In this document: positions 14,650 through 32,895 of the stretch, one piece after another
Layout: each line of letters begins with the position of its first letter
Position numbering within the stretch: position 1 is the first letter of the stretch
Source: Tubulanus polymorphus
Lineage: Eukaryota > Animalia > Nemertea
Reading direction: 5' to 3'
DNA: 64,000 bases
Assembly (NCBI RefSeq): GCF_964204645.1
Contig: NC_134029.1
Span: forward strand, 4,278,001 to 4,342,000
Program-made: the position numbers and the translations under genes
Notes under the pieces: model-generated
What the model was told of the DNA's origin: nothing
Databases searched by the model: none
Seen by the model: only the letters and a program-made list of their open reading frames with translations

Positions 14650-17600
14650 ATGGAGCGCGTTCGATCGATGGTCGAGCAGAATATGATGCTGTCGAACGTC
14701 GAGACAGTCGAGAGTTTGAGCAGACGCGCGAACGACATGTTGCACGTGTTCAATTTGGACGACGCCGAAGATTTGTACCTGAAACTGATTTACAACTTGA
14801 GAGATAAGCCGAATTATCGTAAAGAGTTGGTCGTCTGCTATAAGGGTTTGGCCGAGGTGTACATGAATCACGGAAACGCGTTTCGTGCCGATTGCGACGA
14901 ATGGCAGTGGGGTTGCATTCAGGGTATGGTTTTACTGCGGAAAGCGATCGCGATCTGTTCTTCGCGCGCGGCGACTACCACTTCGAAGGATACGAAACCC
15001 GCTTTGATGGGAAATCGAAATAGACATAACAACAATAACAATAACGAAATCTGTAAAATGAACGCGTTGAATTCGAAAACGTCGCAAAAAGGCGCGCCGA
15101 TTTCGAGCGCCGAACAGGCGTGGTTCGTCAAAGAGCGAGCTAGTTTGAGTAAGCGGTTGATGTTGGTCGAGAATTCGCTGGTGAAATCGATGCATAAAAC
15201 GTTGCAACAGAGCGTGCGCATGAGCACGAAAGAGTTGGTCGATCTGGCGAAGGGTAAGATACAAAAGACAGACATCGAGAAGATGCAGTGTATTTCGCAA
15301 TTGGAGAACTTGCGCAAGAAATGCGAAGACGATCTGATAAGCATGCAGGACATACTGTTGAACTCGGTGCGCAATAGAAATAAGCTAGTCTCACGCAAGT
15401 ATAAAGCCGACGATGTAGAAGTGAATACAGGTGGGCCGTTACGTCGAGCCGCAAGTCTAGATTGTCTAGAACGCAGTACAGTGATTAACTATCGCGCCGT
15501 TCGCTGGCATCGTAGACCGGGTTCTATCAGCGAGGATTATATCGATGACGACCAGGCTGGAACGATGCAATCGACTGGAGCTAAACGACCGAAAAGTTTA
15601 CACATTCAATCCGTCACTCGTCGGCTTTCGATGGACGAACAGGTGCAAAAAGCCGTCTCGTTCTTAAAAGAGAAGGCGAAAAATCTCAAGCGAAGTCACC
15701 TACGTCCGCTGTCGAGTTTCTCATCGTGGAGAGCGTTAAAACAACAACACGAGTCAATTCTCGATGAAGCGTTGGTCGATTTTCAAGATTACGACAACGA
15801 GCCGGACGCGACGGTGAACGGATTCGACGACCGCGCGAATGATGGCGGTTCAAACGTGCCGAGTACGACCTCGGAGAAAACGTCGCACAGCAACATGTCG
15901 CTCGATTCGTCGCTGATGGAATCGAGTCCGGAGAGCCCGGAATCGACGTTAGAAATGTCCGATTCGTTCGACCACGATCGTTTCATGTCTGAGAATCGCG
16001 TCTACCAATCGGAGACGCGTTATACGCGCGAGGTGCGGCGCGACGGCGAGCAGACGCATACCGTCAGTCGCACGGAGGTTCGTAACAAAACATTAGGCGG
16101 AATCGACGTCAATCGAATTCTGAATCTGAGTCGTCACGGCGACGAAACGATCGAACCACTGCGCTCCGATTCGACCTTGGATAATATATTGTTGCGATTG
16201 CCGGGTTACAATAACGCGCCGGCGCTTACGCAGGAAAGTACTCCCTCTCCGCACGAGTCGCGACATTACAGATTGGACTCGTTCACCGCTTTTTCGCCGG
16301 TTACCGAAACCAGTAGCTTAAACTTTGAAAAACTGTATAACTGTAACGACGGTAAAACGAGGGCCTCCGTTTTCGATATTCTTCCGATTAACTCGCAAGA
16401 AGTACAGCTGACGCTCGCCTACTGTTTCTACCGTCTTGCCAATCTCGAATTCGAAAAAGAATGCTTCCCTAAAGCGACTGCTCTATACGAACAGGCGCTC
16501 GCCGTCTTCCACGATGTTTATAAACTCGGTATTTTAGACGACTGTATGGCGCAGGCGTTGAAAAATTCCGGTAAGATCCGCGTGATCGAGGGCGACATAA
16601 CCGGCGGCGTTGGTCTGATGGAACAGGCTATTCGCTTGTTGGAAAAGTTCCACAATACTCAAACGCATCCGGACATCGCGAATATCTGGTTCGAAATGGG
16701 AAACGCGTACATTAGTAAACAAACCCAGGGCGAAAGCATGTACGACCATCTATCGAGGCGCGTTCGCAAAGAGCTGTACAGCGAATTGGTCACCATATCA
16801 TCGGACGACGAGGACGAATCGAACGAAAGTACGGATGAAGAAGGCGGCTACGGCGGAGAGACGTATTCGATAAATACGTACGAGGCTTTACGCTCGTATC
16901 AACACGCGTATTCGATACTGAAAGAACTTCATTCGACCGGCGCCAACGAGAACTACCTTCACGATCTCGTGAAAGTTCTCACGCGACTCGGCGATTGCAG
17001 CGTGATCACCGACGACTACGACGAAGCGATTAATTACTACGAGGACGCGTTGAAACGGTTCCCGAATTCGTTCAATTCAGGCCTGCTACCCGATAACGCG
17101 CACGTCATGTCCGTGCTCGGCGTCGTGCGCATTCTTCTGCGTAATTACACGAAGGCGACGAAGTTCCTCGAATGCGCTCACATCATGTATCAGAACGGAT
17201 ACGCCGATAAAGTGAATCAGGTCGAGGTGTCGTTCACGCTGTCGATGTTGAGTCTAGCGCATTATGCCAGTAAGAACTATTACAAATCGATATCATGGGC
17301 ATTACGAGCAATAAACATATACGGCGACTTATACAACAAAACCATTCCGAATCTTTCCGCCGAACTGTTTTGGTTAGTTAACTTTACTATATATTCTATC
17401 GCGTACGCGCACCTGACGTTATCCGAGTACAATAAAGCGCTGCATTTCCTGTTGTTGACTTTATTTTATTGCCAAAAAGCGAAATATCCCGACCACGTTT
17501 TGGATGTACTCGTGTTGAAAGCGTGCGCTCATTGTTACGATTGCCTCGAAGACCACGACAACGCTTTGAAGTATTACGCGGACGCGATCGCCAAAAACGA

Positions 17601-18552
17601 AGAGAACAAAAAGTATAAACTGTATTCGCACAATTTACATCAAGAGTTGTTGAGCAAATCGGCTCAGATGCACGTTACTATGAGCCAGTGGGGTCAGGCG
17701 GTTGAGGCATTCGATATAGCGCGCGACGTTCAGAATTCGATGGAGGAAGATATCAAGGGCGACATGGTGAGTCTGTTACATCAGCTCGGGCAGACGCATG
17801 CGATGACGTGCGACGTCAATAAATCGATCGAATGTTATCTCGAATGTCTCGAAGCGTATAAAGAAATGCACGGCACGGTCGGACCGGAAATGGCCGCCAC
17901 GTTTAAGAATCTGGCCACGATGTGCCACGTGAAAGCCTCGATGAGCGACTTCCCGGAAGACGTCCAAGAAATGACCTTGCTCGCCGAACACTGTTTCAAG
18001 CAGGCGCTCGACTTAGAATTCTCGACGAATTTAGCGCTGAAATACGCAAACTTTTTATACTACCAATTAAACTATAGCGACTGCGCGCTGATGTTGCTGC
18101 GTGTGTTAAAAGAGCACAAAGTCCCCGACGATGAGATTATCGTGTTTAGTTTTATCGAGCAAGTTTTAGCGCCGGGCTGTCTCGATCTCGAAATGGAAGA
18201 CGAAGAGATAGTCGTGACGTCGTCTGTATTCATACAGTATTTACTATTCTTGTCGTTTAAAGAACTTCACCTGTTCACCGACGCCGAACAATGCATTTAC
18301 GATTTAATGGACATAGCGTATACGTCGCAGCTGCCTCAACCGTTCGCCATTCTCGGTTACGTCCTGATGGAAATCGGATTGTACGAAGAGGCCGCGATCG
18401 CATTTCATAAAGCCGCCGGATTTCCGAATGAAGACGCGAAAGTGCGGACATTTTGTCGAGATGTCTGTTTCGCGATGGGTTTTTATAGCGATGTTTGTAA
18501 TCTGTGCTATCGCGCGTGGCTGTTCGTTAACCGCAGACAAGTTTTGGATTAA
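14650..18552 (+). CDS. Tetratricopeptide-repeat protein, 1300 aa, single coding exon
   Basis: 3.9-kb uninterrupted ORF with TPR-like helices (LAYCFYRLANLEFEKECFPKATALYEQALAVF; VLTRLGDCSVITDDYDEAINYYEDAL; LLHQLGQTHAMTCDVNKSIECYLECLEAYKEMHG) and a Ser-rich, probably disordered region at about aa 250-570. Confidence 0.85.
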   Translation: MERVRSMVEQNMMLSNVETVESLSRRANDMLHVFNLDDAEDLYLKLIYNLRDKPNYRKELVVCYKGLAEVYMNHGNAFRADCDEWQWGCIQGMVLLRKAIAICSSRAATTTSKDTKPALMGNRNRHNNNNNNEICKMNALNSKTSQKGAPISSAEQAWFVKERASLSKRLMLVENSLVKSMHKTLQQSVRMSTKELVDLAKGKIQKTDIEKMQCISQLENLRKKCEDDLISMQDILLNSVRNRNKLVSRKYKADDVEVNTGGPLRRAASLDCLERSTVINYRAVRWHRRPGSISEDYIDDDQAGTMQSTGAKRPKSLHIQSVTRRLSMDEQVQKAVSFLKEKAKNLKRSHLRPLSSFSSWRALKQQHESILDEALVDFQDYDNEPDATVNGFDDRANDGGSNVPSTTSEKTSHSNMSLDSSLMESSPESPESTLEMSDSFDHDRFMSENRVYQSETRYTREVRRDGEQTHTVSRTEVRNKTLGGIDVNRILNLSRHGDETIEPLRSDSTLDNILLRLPGYNNAPALTQESTPSPHESRHYRLDSFTAFSPVTETSSLNFEKLYNCNDGKTRASVFDILPINSQEVQLTLAYCFYRLANLEFEKECFPKATALYEQALAVFHDVYKLGILDDCMAQALKNSGKIRVIEGDITGGVGLMEQAIRLLEKFHNTQTHPDIANIWFEMGNAYISKQTQGESMYDHLSRRVRKELYSELVTISSDDEDESNESTDEEGGYGGETYSINTYEALRSYQHAYSILKELHSTGANENYLHDLVKVLTRLGDCSVITDDYDEAINYYEDALKRFPNSFNSGLLPDNAHVMSVLGVVRILLRNYTKATKFLECAHIMYQNGYADKVNQVEVSFTLSMLSLAHYASKNYYKSISWALRAINIYGDLYNKTIPNLSAELFWLVNFTIYSIAYAHLTLSEYNKALHFLLLTLFYCQKAKYPDHVLDVLVLKACAHCYDCLEDHDNALKYYADAIAKNEENKKYKLYSHNLHQELLSKSAQMHVTMSQWGQAVEAFDIARDVQNSMEEDIKGDMVSLLHQLGQTHAMTCDVNKSIECYLECLEAYKEMHGTVGPEMAATFKNLATMCHVKASMSDFPEDVQEMTLLAEHCFKQALDLEFSTNLALKYANFLYYQLNYSDCALMLLRVLKEHKVPDDEIIVFSFIEQVLAPGCLDLEMEDEEIVVTSSVFIQYLLFLSFKELHLFTDAEQCIYDLMDIAYTSQLPQPFAILGYVLMEIGLYEEAAIAFHKAAGFPNEDAKVRTFCRDVCFAMGFYSDVCNLCYRAWLFVNRRQVLD

Positions 18553-21500
18553 CCTTCTATTTTCTTCTGGGCAGTTCACAATCAAAATGACGAGGGATTT
18601 TTTACAACTCAACTCATCGTCATTCTTAACTTATTCTCTGACTAGTGAAATAACGAATTTTTTGACGACTTTTTCAATCGGCTTATCGAAGATTCTTGTT
18701 AAATTTGAACAAATTTTGTATACAAATCTGCTGTTTTTTGAAAGTTTCTCTTTTCTAGGACTGATTGTCTACATGAAAATTCTATTCGAAATTCTATCTT
18801 TATTTAATTATGATATTTATAATATTTGTGTGTGATAAAAGCTAGTCACTGGTGAGATGTATTAGGATTTTTATTTTATGTACTGTTTACTAGTGACGCG
18901 ATCATTCGGTTTTTAGTCTTCAGTTTTGACTGCTCTCAATCTAAATTTCAGTTCACTATGGTCACATGATGCTTGTTTTGAAGCTGTTATATTGGTACAA
19001 TCAAAATTATATTCAATATAAAAAATGAGAATGATTTCAGAGCAGTTTTGGGCTAAATCTAATATACGTTGATACGCTCATATTTTAAGAAATTGATTGA
19101 TTGATTGAAGAGCAGACTTGAGTATATGAGAGGTGTGACGTGCATAGATATCATATTAAAAAAAAATCCGAAATTCCTTGATTCTAAAGTAGAGTGCGTC
19201 CAGATTTTGAGGATTTTGTGCTCATTCATTGAATTATTCTCTGCAATATCAAAACCATACATAAAAAAGCAAGCATATTTGCCTGATCTAAAATTCTATC
19301 TGATATTGTGATTTATTTATTTTTCTAACAAATTACTTATGAGCTTAAATCGAGAGTACTTAAAGATCAAACTATGTTATAACGCTTATAATCAATTTTT
19401 TAATGCTAATCAAATGTGATCTCTACAATTTTACTACATTTTTCGAACGTAAGGTATCCTAGCTTAACCTAATAACATTGGCAGTGAAAATCTTGTGGAA
19501 AAGCAGTTCACTAAGAACTTATGCATCTTTTTGATGAATTTATGAATAATTCTGAATGGTTTTTATTATTTTTTAAGAAACTCCTGCGCGCACAGTTTGT
19601 ATTATGAAAGTACAGTACGTGCAGTGAAATTTGGGTAGATATTGACTCGAGAAATCAGTACTTAAACATCTGCTGAGAACACACTCGGTTTTGCCTTATA
19701 TCGTGCACATAGTATTAGATTTCAAAATCCAAATGAGTCGAATATATATTAATTGTGCTTAAATAGTATATATCGCTGGTTATTTTGCACTGCGATATAT
19801 TCAAGTGTAGCAAACTCTTCAATACATGCAATAATCAAAACTGTTGGTAGAAGTGGTTTACGGTTCACTTGACATTTTCCACCCATAGATCTTAGCAATT
19901 GTGTACCGGTACATTGCGTAGAATATGCACGGAATACGCAGTAGAAGCCATCCATGTTTGTCGATAAAATATCTCCACATCTCAGAGGAAGTTACTAGTT
20001 ACTAAAACAATTTAAGCCCTATGCACGTGGCAAGGAAAAACACGGATATGAAAAAAACAATGGGCATTTTCGGACACTATCAAATGTTTTGTAGATCACA
20101 TTCGTATCTTTCAATACGTGATTGCTTATGTATGTTTTCCTAGTTGTGCGTAGTGGGCTTCAAGTTAAATATGAGTAATATTGTTAGATTTTAGAAAATG
20201 TCGTTGAAAATTGTTAGCCTACTGATAGATTTTGGATGTTAAGGCGTTGTTGATAGTTATTTGATGTGTGCATGTCAGTGAACTCTTTTCAAATCTTTAT
20301 TTTAACGCATGTACATATAATTACATGAAGTGTATGTTCACTCAGGGCATAAAGTCTCAGAACCTCAGGCATCAATGTGTTGCACCATGGACCATTGTTT
20401 TGTAGGCCCATATCTTTATGCATTAAATCTGATCTCTTGAAGATGGACCATTCGATTCAAGTATCATTTAAGCTTTATCGGGAACTAAGGAAATAATTGT
20501 AAATCCGACTTAAAACCCATTCGATTTATGTATTACCTATATATTTAGGTTTTTTACTATCAGATGAATGCTATACATGTAAAAAATGTCCAAGTAATGT
20601 ATACATATGTTGCTGTGTGGCCTCATCCATCATGTATTGAATCCTTTTAGTGAACTTTTTTACGACGTCACTCTCTACCATTGATGTCGATGCTTCGGCT
20701 GCACTTTCCCCGAAACTTTTGTATCCGCATTAGATGTAGAAAAACTGAACTATAGAACTAATTTTACTACTGATGATGCGTAGATGTATTAATAAAATGA
20801 TGAATAAATGACATGCGTACAAACAAATATGTGAAATTCTCTTTTAGTTTTTTTTTCGATTCTGTGGCTAATTGTTATATTAGGTTGGAGGAATTATACT
20901 TCGGCCAATTCTCTATGGCTAATTGTTTCAGCTGCATTACCATTCGTGTCATAAAACGCACATCAAACGCATACGTTTGCTACACGCAAACTGCACCTCA
21001 CAAGTCATAAAAAACATTCCAGGGGATATTAAACTGTCGGAGGCGGATAGAGGCTATTCGCACTATAATTGGTTTCGTGCTGTAATGGAAATTCAGTGAA
21101 GATAATTGTGTACGATATATGCACTCATTGTGTCGACTGTACTTGTTCATTTAAGGCATGAACTGTTCACTATAAACATTTACAGATATTATGTTGAATT
21201 AATACTTCAAAATGATCATCAACTGTGTTAATATAGTGTTTACTGTACGTGCATACCTATGCCTTGAATGCGTATAATTACACATTGAATATCTATTAAA
21301 ATAGCACCATTGTGATAATAGCCTATCCTTCCTTTTCTCCTCCTTCATTCCTTAAAAATTCCTAACTAGAAAATACTTTTTTGACACTCAATTAAGCGGT
21401 TACCGAATGAGACACCAAGTTTAATCAGTGAAAAGAATAAAAATTTGCTTACAAAACCACCGAATTAATGGTTCACTGAAATAAAGATTACCGAGTCGCC

Positions 21501-22033
21501 TGTAATAAGGATATGAATGCGATGCAGACACTTCTTCGAAATTTTCAATGCAGGGATTCTGTAGTAAGAAATATATAATAATCACGATGATAGATTAGAC
21601 TAAACATGTTTTATTCTAATACCTGGTACTAATCAATGTACATCACAAGTTTTTTTTGGCAACAGTAGCATGTATTCAGATTACATAATAAGTTTCCCAT
21701 TAGAGGTTGAATTTAAGACAACTATCAAAATCATTTTACAATTGACATGACAATTCTTTAAATAAACACATTTAAGTACATTTTTTCAATAAATGACCCT
21801 ATTTTCTATAGCCCCGGAAGTTACCTCAACCCGTAGAAGTTAAGTTTTTCTGTCACTATCTCCATCAAACCAATGGTCAAAGAAATGTTTCACTGAACAT
21901 TGATCTATAAATGATCAATGTATTCAATATTAAGTAGATAATGCCTTTATCCTAAAATAATACTGTTAGATATACCGGTTTACATATATGGGACTCGCAA
22001 TTGGAACGATACTTTCAAACTTTGTCCACTGCA

Positions 22034-27334
<5,301 letters not shown>

Positions 27335-28037
27335 GTTTAACTTATAAGAACTCACGATTCACGTTTTGACGTTTTGAGCGATAAAAATTGATTAATCGAA
27401 GATAAGGTGATAAAACTGCTCTGGCTGTCTTGAATTACTTTTTGACAAGACGCTGATTATGTTGTTGAATACCGATATAATTATTATGGCGAATGAACTT
27501 TCCCGTTTCGCATATTTTCGGAGTCACCCCGCATAGGTACTCGAAATCTTGCCTATTTTTCTAAAACCGCTTTTTTCAAATTAACCTGGGACATTAATTT
27601 GTCTGTTTATATCATTTCTTTTTCTATCACAATTTGGGTAGATTCTATATCGGGTTCAAGCGTTTCGATTTCGACTGAATAAAAAAGATTGAAATTGAAT
27701 TTTGCAATTTTTCTTGTAGCGGAGCAATTAATTTCAAGGTCGTTGACCCTATTACGAGAATTAAAATTCGGGCTGATGAAATCAATCTCTAAGTCAACGA
27801 CACACATACAAACGTGAGAAAGTCTGGTTAATGTTTTTTTAAGATACAGCCACCCTGAATGAAGACATCGCAATGTGTGTTACTGTTGTTACCCTTCAAT
27901 GTCTCAAGAAAAGAACTGTAGAAATCTGATTTAGGGCAAGACTAATATAGTTATAACTTAAAAGTGACTCGAAAAAAAAAATCATAAGGAAAAGCACGCC
28001 ATCACTATCCACTCACTCACTACAAACGCAATAAACG

Positions 28038-31000
28038 ATGATTAACATTGAAGCGAAACTGCAGGAAATCGGCGGCTATGGTCGCTATCAGATGCTCGTA
28101 TTTTTATGTATATGTTTCGTGTGTATGAGAGGCGCTTGGCATCCGTTCGTATCTAGTTTTACAGCGCTGACACCAGATTTACTCTGCACGAATTTAACCT
28201 ATGATACGAACATTTCCGCATCTTTCCCAACTGCCAATGTGAGCGTGAAACTAGGTACGTTTCATGTTTCATCGGAAAATGTAGATGAATATCTGTGTGG
28301 AACGCGAGTGAATTCGACTAGTTGTCAGTTCGATGTCTTGAAGCATGGTAAAACCTATGTATCTGAGGTTTGTATGATTAATTGACATTATTCCTGTAAA
28401 TATTATTATGCCTATTGCTAAAGCATGATACTGGGCATTAGTGGAAAATCCACTATATATATATTGACTTTTATTCACGGTCCCTAAGACTTCTTTAATC
28501 CTTAAAAACTTCCATGTAGACAATGCATTTTAAAGGTGCTTGAAACTCATTCAATTTGAGCAAAATGCTCAAAACTCCTTTAAAGCGATTAGTTCAAGGG
28601 TACGCTCATCACCTTATCAACCTGTTACTACAAAGATGTTTTCCATTTGGAAAAATTGAAAAATCACCCATGAAAAACTAATTAGAATTTGTATAACGGT
28701 GGGGACCATTATTTTATTTCAGTGGAATCTCGTTTGTGGGAAGAGTTATTTGGTGTCGTTGAATACAGCGGTGTTTATGATTGGTCAGATGGTCGGTGCT
28801 ATATTTCTATCGATGTGCGCCGATATAATCGGACGCAAGAAAATGCTGATCGTCTACCTACTGTCTCAAGCTGCTGTTGGCCTCGGAGCCGCGTTCGTCG
28901 ATGGTTATATATTTTTCACGGTTCTGCGATTTATCATCGGCGCTCTGAATCAGGTAGATCGTAGTTTCCTCAGCTATAACAGAATTAAGAAGTGACAGTG
29001 AAATGGCGGCACTCACCGGAGATCGAACCTGGGTTTCGTACTAAAAATAAAGAATACTTACTAGTCTAAGAATAGAACAACTCCACTTGGCTAGTGGTTA
29101 TACAGCTTGATGTAATGTAGCTGTGAGATTAGTTTTTGGCGGTTCATTATACCAGTAGATCATGCGCCATTTATTCACTTTCATCTCTTTTTTGTTAAGA
29201 TTATGCTTAAAAGTCAAGATAAGTGGATCGAGGGAGCGGTGTAGCCGAGCCGTTTGAGCGTTCGGCTCTGGGAAGCCAGGTCGTGGGTTCGAACCCCGTA
29301 CATTGCCGTAGTGTCCTCAGGCAAGACACTTATCCTCATTGCCTCTCTCCACCCAGGAGTAAATGGGTACCTGGCCTGATAGATGACTCCTGAGCGTTTG
29401 TTAGCAGCTCGGTGTTACTTTTCCCCAGGGAGAGATGACTGATACATGTTAGAGTATAAAATTGGCCAGGGTAATAATACCGAAAAATGTAAAGCGCTCT
29501 GAGCAGCCTTGCTGGATTTAGCCCTATATAAGACACATATTTTTATTATTATTATTATAAGAGTAGCTGATCCCAAGTGGTTCTGCATCGAGTACTACAG
29601 TCAAACTCGTCGGCATAATTGGGATGATCAGTATGTTTTGACAACTTACCCAAATTTACACTTCATAAATTGAATTGGAAAATTTGGACTCAAAAGTAGA
29701 GACAACTTCAGTGATGCGAAGACTTATCCCATAGCGACTGAGTCAACTGTATGGAAAAATTTCGAAATGCTCTTGTTTATTTCAGGGTATTGCGTTAGTT
29801 GGTTACGTAACGGTCTGCGAGTTGTTTCCAGCCACACATAGAACAATGCCGTGTGTTGGGATTCAGTTTTTTTGGGCGCTCGGAGTGATGGCTTTATCTG
29901 GAATCGCTTACTGGTTGAAGGACTGGAATTATATTCAAATCGCTATATCCGTGCCGAGCTTCCTGGCGATAATCTATATCTGGTCAGTTTGTCTTAATCG
30001 TGGACTGTTTTCAAAGGTCGTTTAATTATGCTTTATACACTTTGACTGTTGATACTTTGTGTTTCAGGATTATACCGGAATCGGTCATTTGGCTTTCTTT
30101 CAAAGGCAGAATTGCAGATGCGCAGAAAATCCTTGGAAAATTCGCGAAATGGAACGGCAAAGCTTTATCTCAAGGTTGGTTAGAAATTTGTGAATTCTTT
30201 GAAAATTTTCCTCACGGCCTGTGTAAGTGCTGATTGTATTAATGCGAATAACATGTGCTACAGATTGTGAAGATTGCGACTGCAGCAATGATCGAATTAA
30301 TACGGATGATGTCAACGCTCAAAAAGATTGCACGAGTTGTTCGTCTCAAGTCGTCGTAGAAGATGAAGAAAATTCCAGCAGAATTAGTGCACTCGGGAAA
30401 TGTTCCGTTTTTGGTATATTTAAACGTCCGCGTATGGCCATGTATTCAATCGTCATGTTTTATTCATGGTAAATAATGAACAATTTTCGGAAAATGAAGT
30501 TGCAAAATGATTGTATTAAGGCTAAACAAAAATGATACCTTGTTTCTCCGCAGCGGCCGGGTCATTTTTGTAAAATATGATAAAATTAATAAACAGTTCA
30601 TTTCTATAGCGGCCGGGTCTGTTATGGTTAAATTGATCACGATTTAAAAAAAAGTAATGTATAGGGTAGATAGGCGGCCGGCCGGGTCAACATTTAAGCT
30701 CAGCAGAGCGGAGAAACAAGGTATCAATTTTTTTTAGCCTAAGATTGTTGGTATTTCCCGTCTTGATGAATATCAGTGAGAAAAACCCACGATATCAATT
30801 AATGTAATTATTGTTTTTTAGTAGGGAATAGTGGCCAATTTTGACTCATTCATATTCATTAGAAATAAACAGATAACCGACCGACATGTACAGTTCCATT
30901 TTTCTTCAGGTTAGCCAACAGTATGTTATACTTTGGAATCTCGTTCAGTTTTACTCTGTTGCCGGGAAATATTTATCTCAACTTTTTTCTGAATGGATTG

Positions 31001-32847
31001 GCCGAAATACCTGCTTATTTAACCGGCATGTACGCACTAGGCCAGTAAGTATTATATTCTTAGAAGTATAAAACCTTCCGCTCTCTAAATCCAAATTCTT
31101 CAAATTTTTGCGAATCTTATTTTTCAGTGGGCGCCGCATCGCGTTGTTTACCTTTTTGATGATAGGTGGAATTGCGAACATAATCATCGTGCTTGTAGCC
31201 ACTTACGGTAAATTCTTTTTGGACAAAAATATACACACAAAATCTACTGATTTATTCATTCATGAACGCTAGTTTTTGCGTTATGTACCTATACTTTAAT
31301 CATGCGTAACGATATCAATATCGTGTTGGCTTCAATTCATATTTATATTTTCAGCGAGTAGCACAGTAACGTGGTTAACTCCAGTTATGATCACGTTAGC
31401 GATGGTCGGAAAGTTTGGAATTACTGGCTCGTATTCGACGACGTATCTTTACGCGGCTGAAATGTTCCCGACGTTTATTCGCAATTCGAGCGTCGGCCTG
31501 TCGTCGCTCTGGGAAACTTTAGGCGCCGTTATGGCGCCTTTCGTGCTCGAATGGGTAGGTTTAAACGAGATCCAATTTTTCGATACTGTTACTCGTTCTA
31601 TCATAAGCTTAATCGATGTCATTTTCTATGCGTTACCGTCATGTGTTAACTAGGTTTAAAGTGATTAGAGGTTTTTGCTATTGATTAATTGTGTGAAGTA
31701 TTGGAAAAATGTTCGTTTAATCCGTATGACTCTGTTTCTGTCTATTCAATGTGATTAATTACATTCGATTGATTGGCCTGTGAATTTACATCATTTTTAC
31801 ACAATCGATATTGAGAATTGCCAATTAGTGATTGTTCTAGCCAGTGGCAGATCCTGACTGTAATTTCTGTATTAGGGTCATTGCCTTTTTGAAAAAGTAT
31901 GGAGCTGTAAACTGCGCAGTCATTTCAACTCGATTCATAAATCAGCAGAGATTTGAAACCCAAATGCACCAAATACCTTGGATTTTTGCAACCATCTACC
32001 CTCCTGTTTTTGAAATGAGCTCTGATACTTGCTTCACTAGGGATGCAATGTGTCCCAGGATCTGTCATTGGAAAAATTTCCGTCTAAACAGCCTGCGTTT
32101 AGTAACACCCTAGTATCCTTGGTAGTAGCTTTTGTAATTAGATTGCTTAGACAAGATGTGGTTTGTGAAAATCTGATCGTGAAATTAAACCACACTGGGG
32201 TTTACTGACTAGAATTTCCTGTGTATAATAGTAGTTAAGTTTTATATCACCAGCTGCTTCAACGATTGATTCAGCTTATTTTTAATTGATTTGTTTCACC
32301 TGGTATGGAGTCAAATTATAAACTAAACTTCTATAATACAGAGAATCCCAATAATAATGAAGAATAAAGTCAGAAATCTCTCGTTGAGCGCCAATAGTTT
32401 ATTCAATTCGACCTTCAGGAATACTAAGTTTAAGTAGTATTCAGGGCTGGCGCGAACTAGGGGTATTACAATATAAATCAAGGCTAACTTAAGGGTACTT
32501 GTCTATATTCTCTATATTATCATCACAGCTCTGATGATTTCATTAATGGTTGAACTCTTCTTATATTTCAGGCCGGTGGTTCCCAGATTTTCCGAGTTCT
32601 GTTCGGATTGATCGCGATCACCGCCGCTCTGCTGTCGTTGTGTCTTCCCGAAACGAAAAACCAACCGCTTCCCGAAACGATTGACGACGTCGAAAAAATG
32701 CCGCGTCTCGATTTCCGACGATATTTCAAGTGTTGTTTCGCCGTGCCGGCACCTGTTGTTGTGAATCGTCGTCCAGTTACAGTCGATGACTGTGATTCTC
32801 CTACATATAATTCGACCGAACTCGAGTGTATCGATCTGAAAACCTGA
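28038..32847 (+). CDS. SLC22 / organic cation transporter family MFS protein, multi-exon
   Basis: Motifs IGGYGRYQ, SEWNLVCG, ADIIGRKK, ELFPATHR, IPESVIWL, YAAEMFPTFIRN and LPETKNQPLPETIDD; canonical splice sites. Confidence 0.93.
29231..29557 (+). mobile_element. Full-length tRNA-derived SINE with a conserved central domain (Deu/Nin-like) and LINE-like 3' tail
   Basis: tRNA head with A box (GGTGTAGCCGAGCCG) and B box (GGTTCGAACCC); central GTGTCCTCAGGCAAGACACTTA...CTCCACCCAGGAGTAAATGGGTACC; tail GTAAAGCGCTCTGAG...CTATATAA followed by (TTA)n. Confidence 0.85.
30520..30739. mobile_element. PIF/Harbinger-type (Tourist-like) MITE
   Basis: About 33-bp TIRs GGCTAAACAAAAATGATACCTTGTTTCTCCGC / GCGGAGAAACAAGGTATCAATTTTTTTTAGCC, flanked by a TAA target-site duplication. 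Confidence 0.8.
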
Positions 32848-32895
32848 ACACGTGGAAATGAGTGACACGTGATGAGGCGTTTACTGTGATCTGTA

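Noticed and set aside
14623-18612. Several minus-strand ORFs of 65-159 aa
   Set aside because: Antisense shadows of the 1300-aa TPR ORF with no recognisable motifs.
29004-29033. Reverse-complement tRNA 3'-end-like segment ending in CCA (possible primer-binding site)
   Set aside because: Only about 30 nt, with no adjacent LTR or retroelement ORF; most likely a SINE or tRNA fragment.
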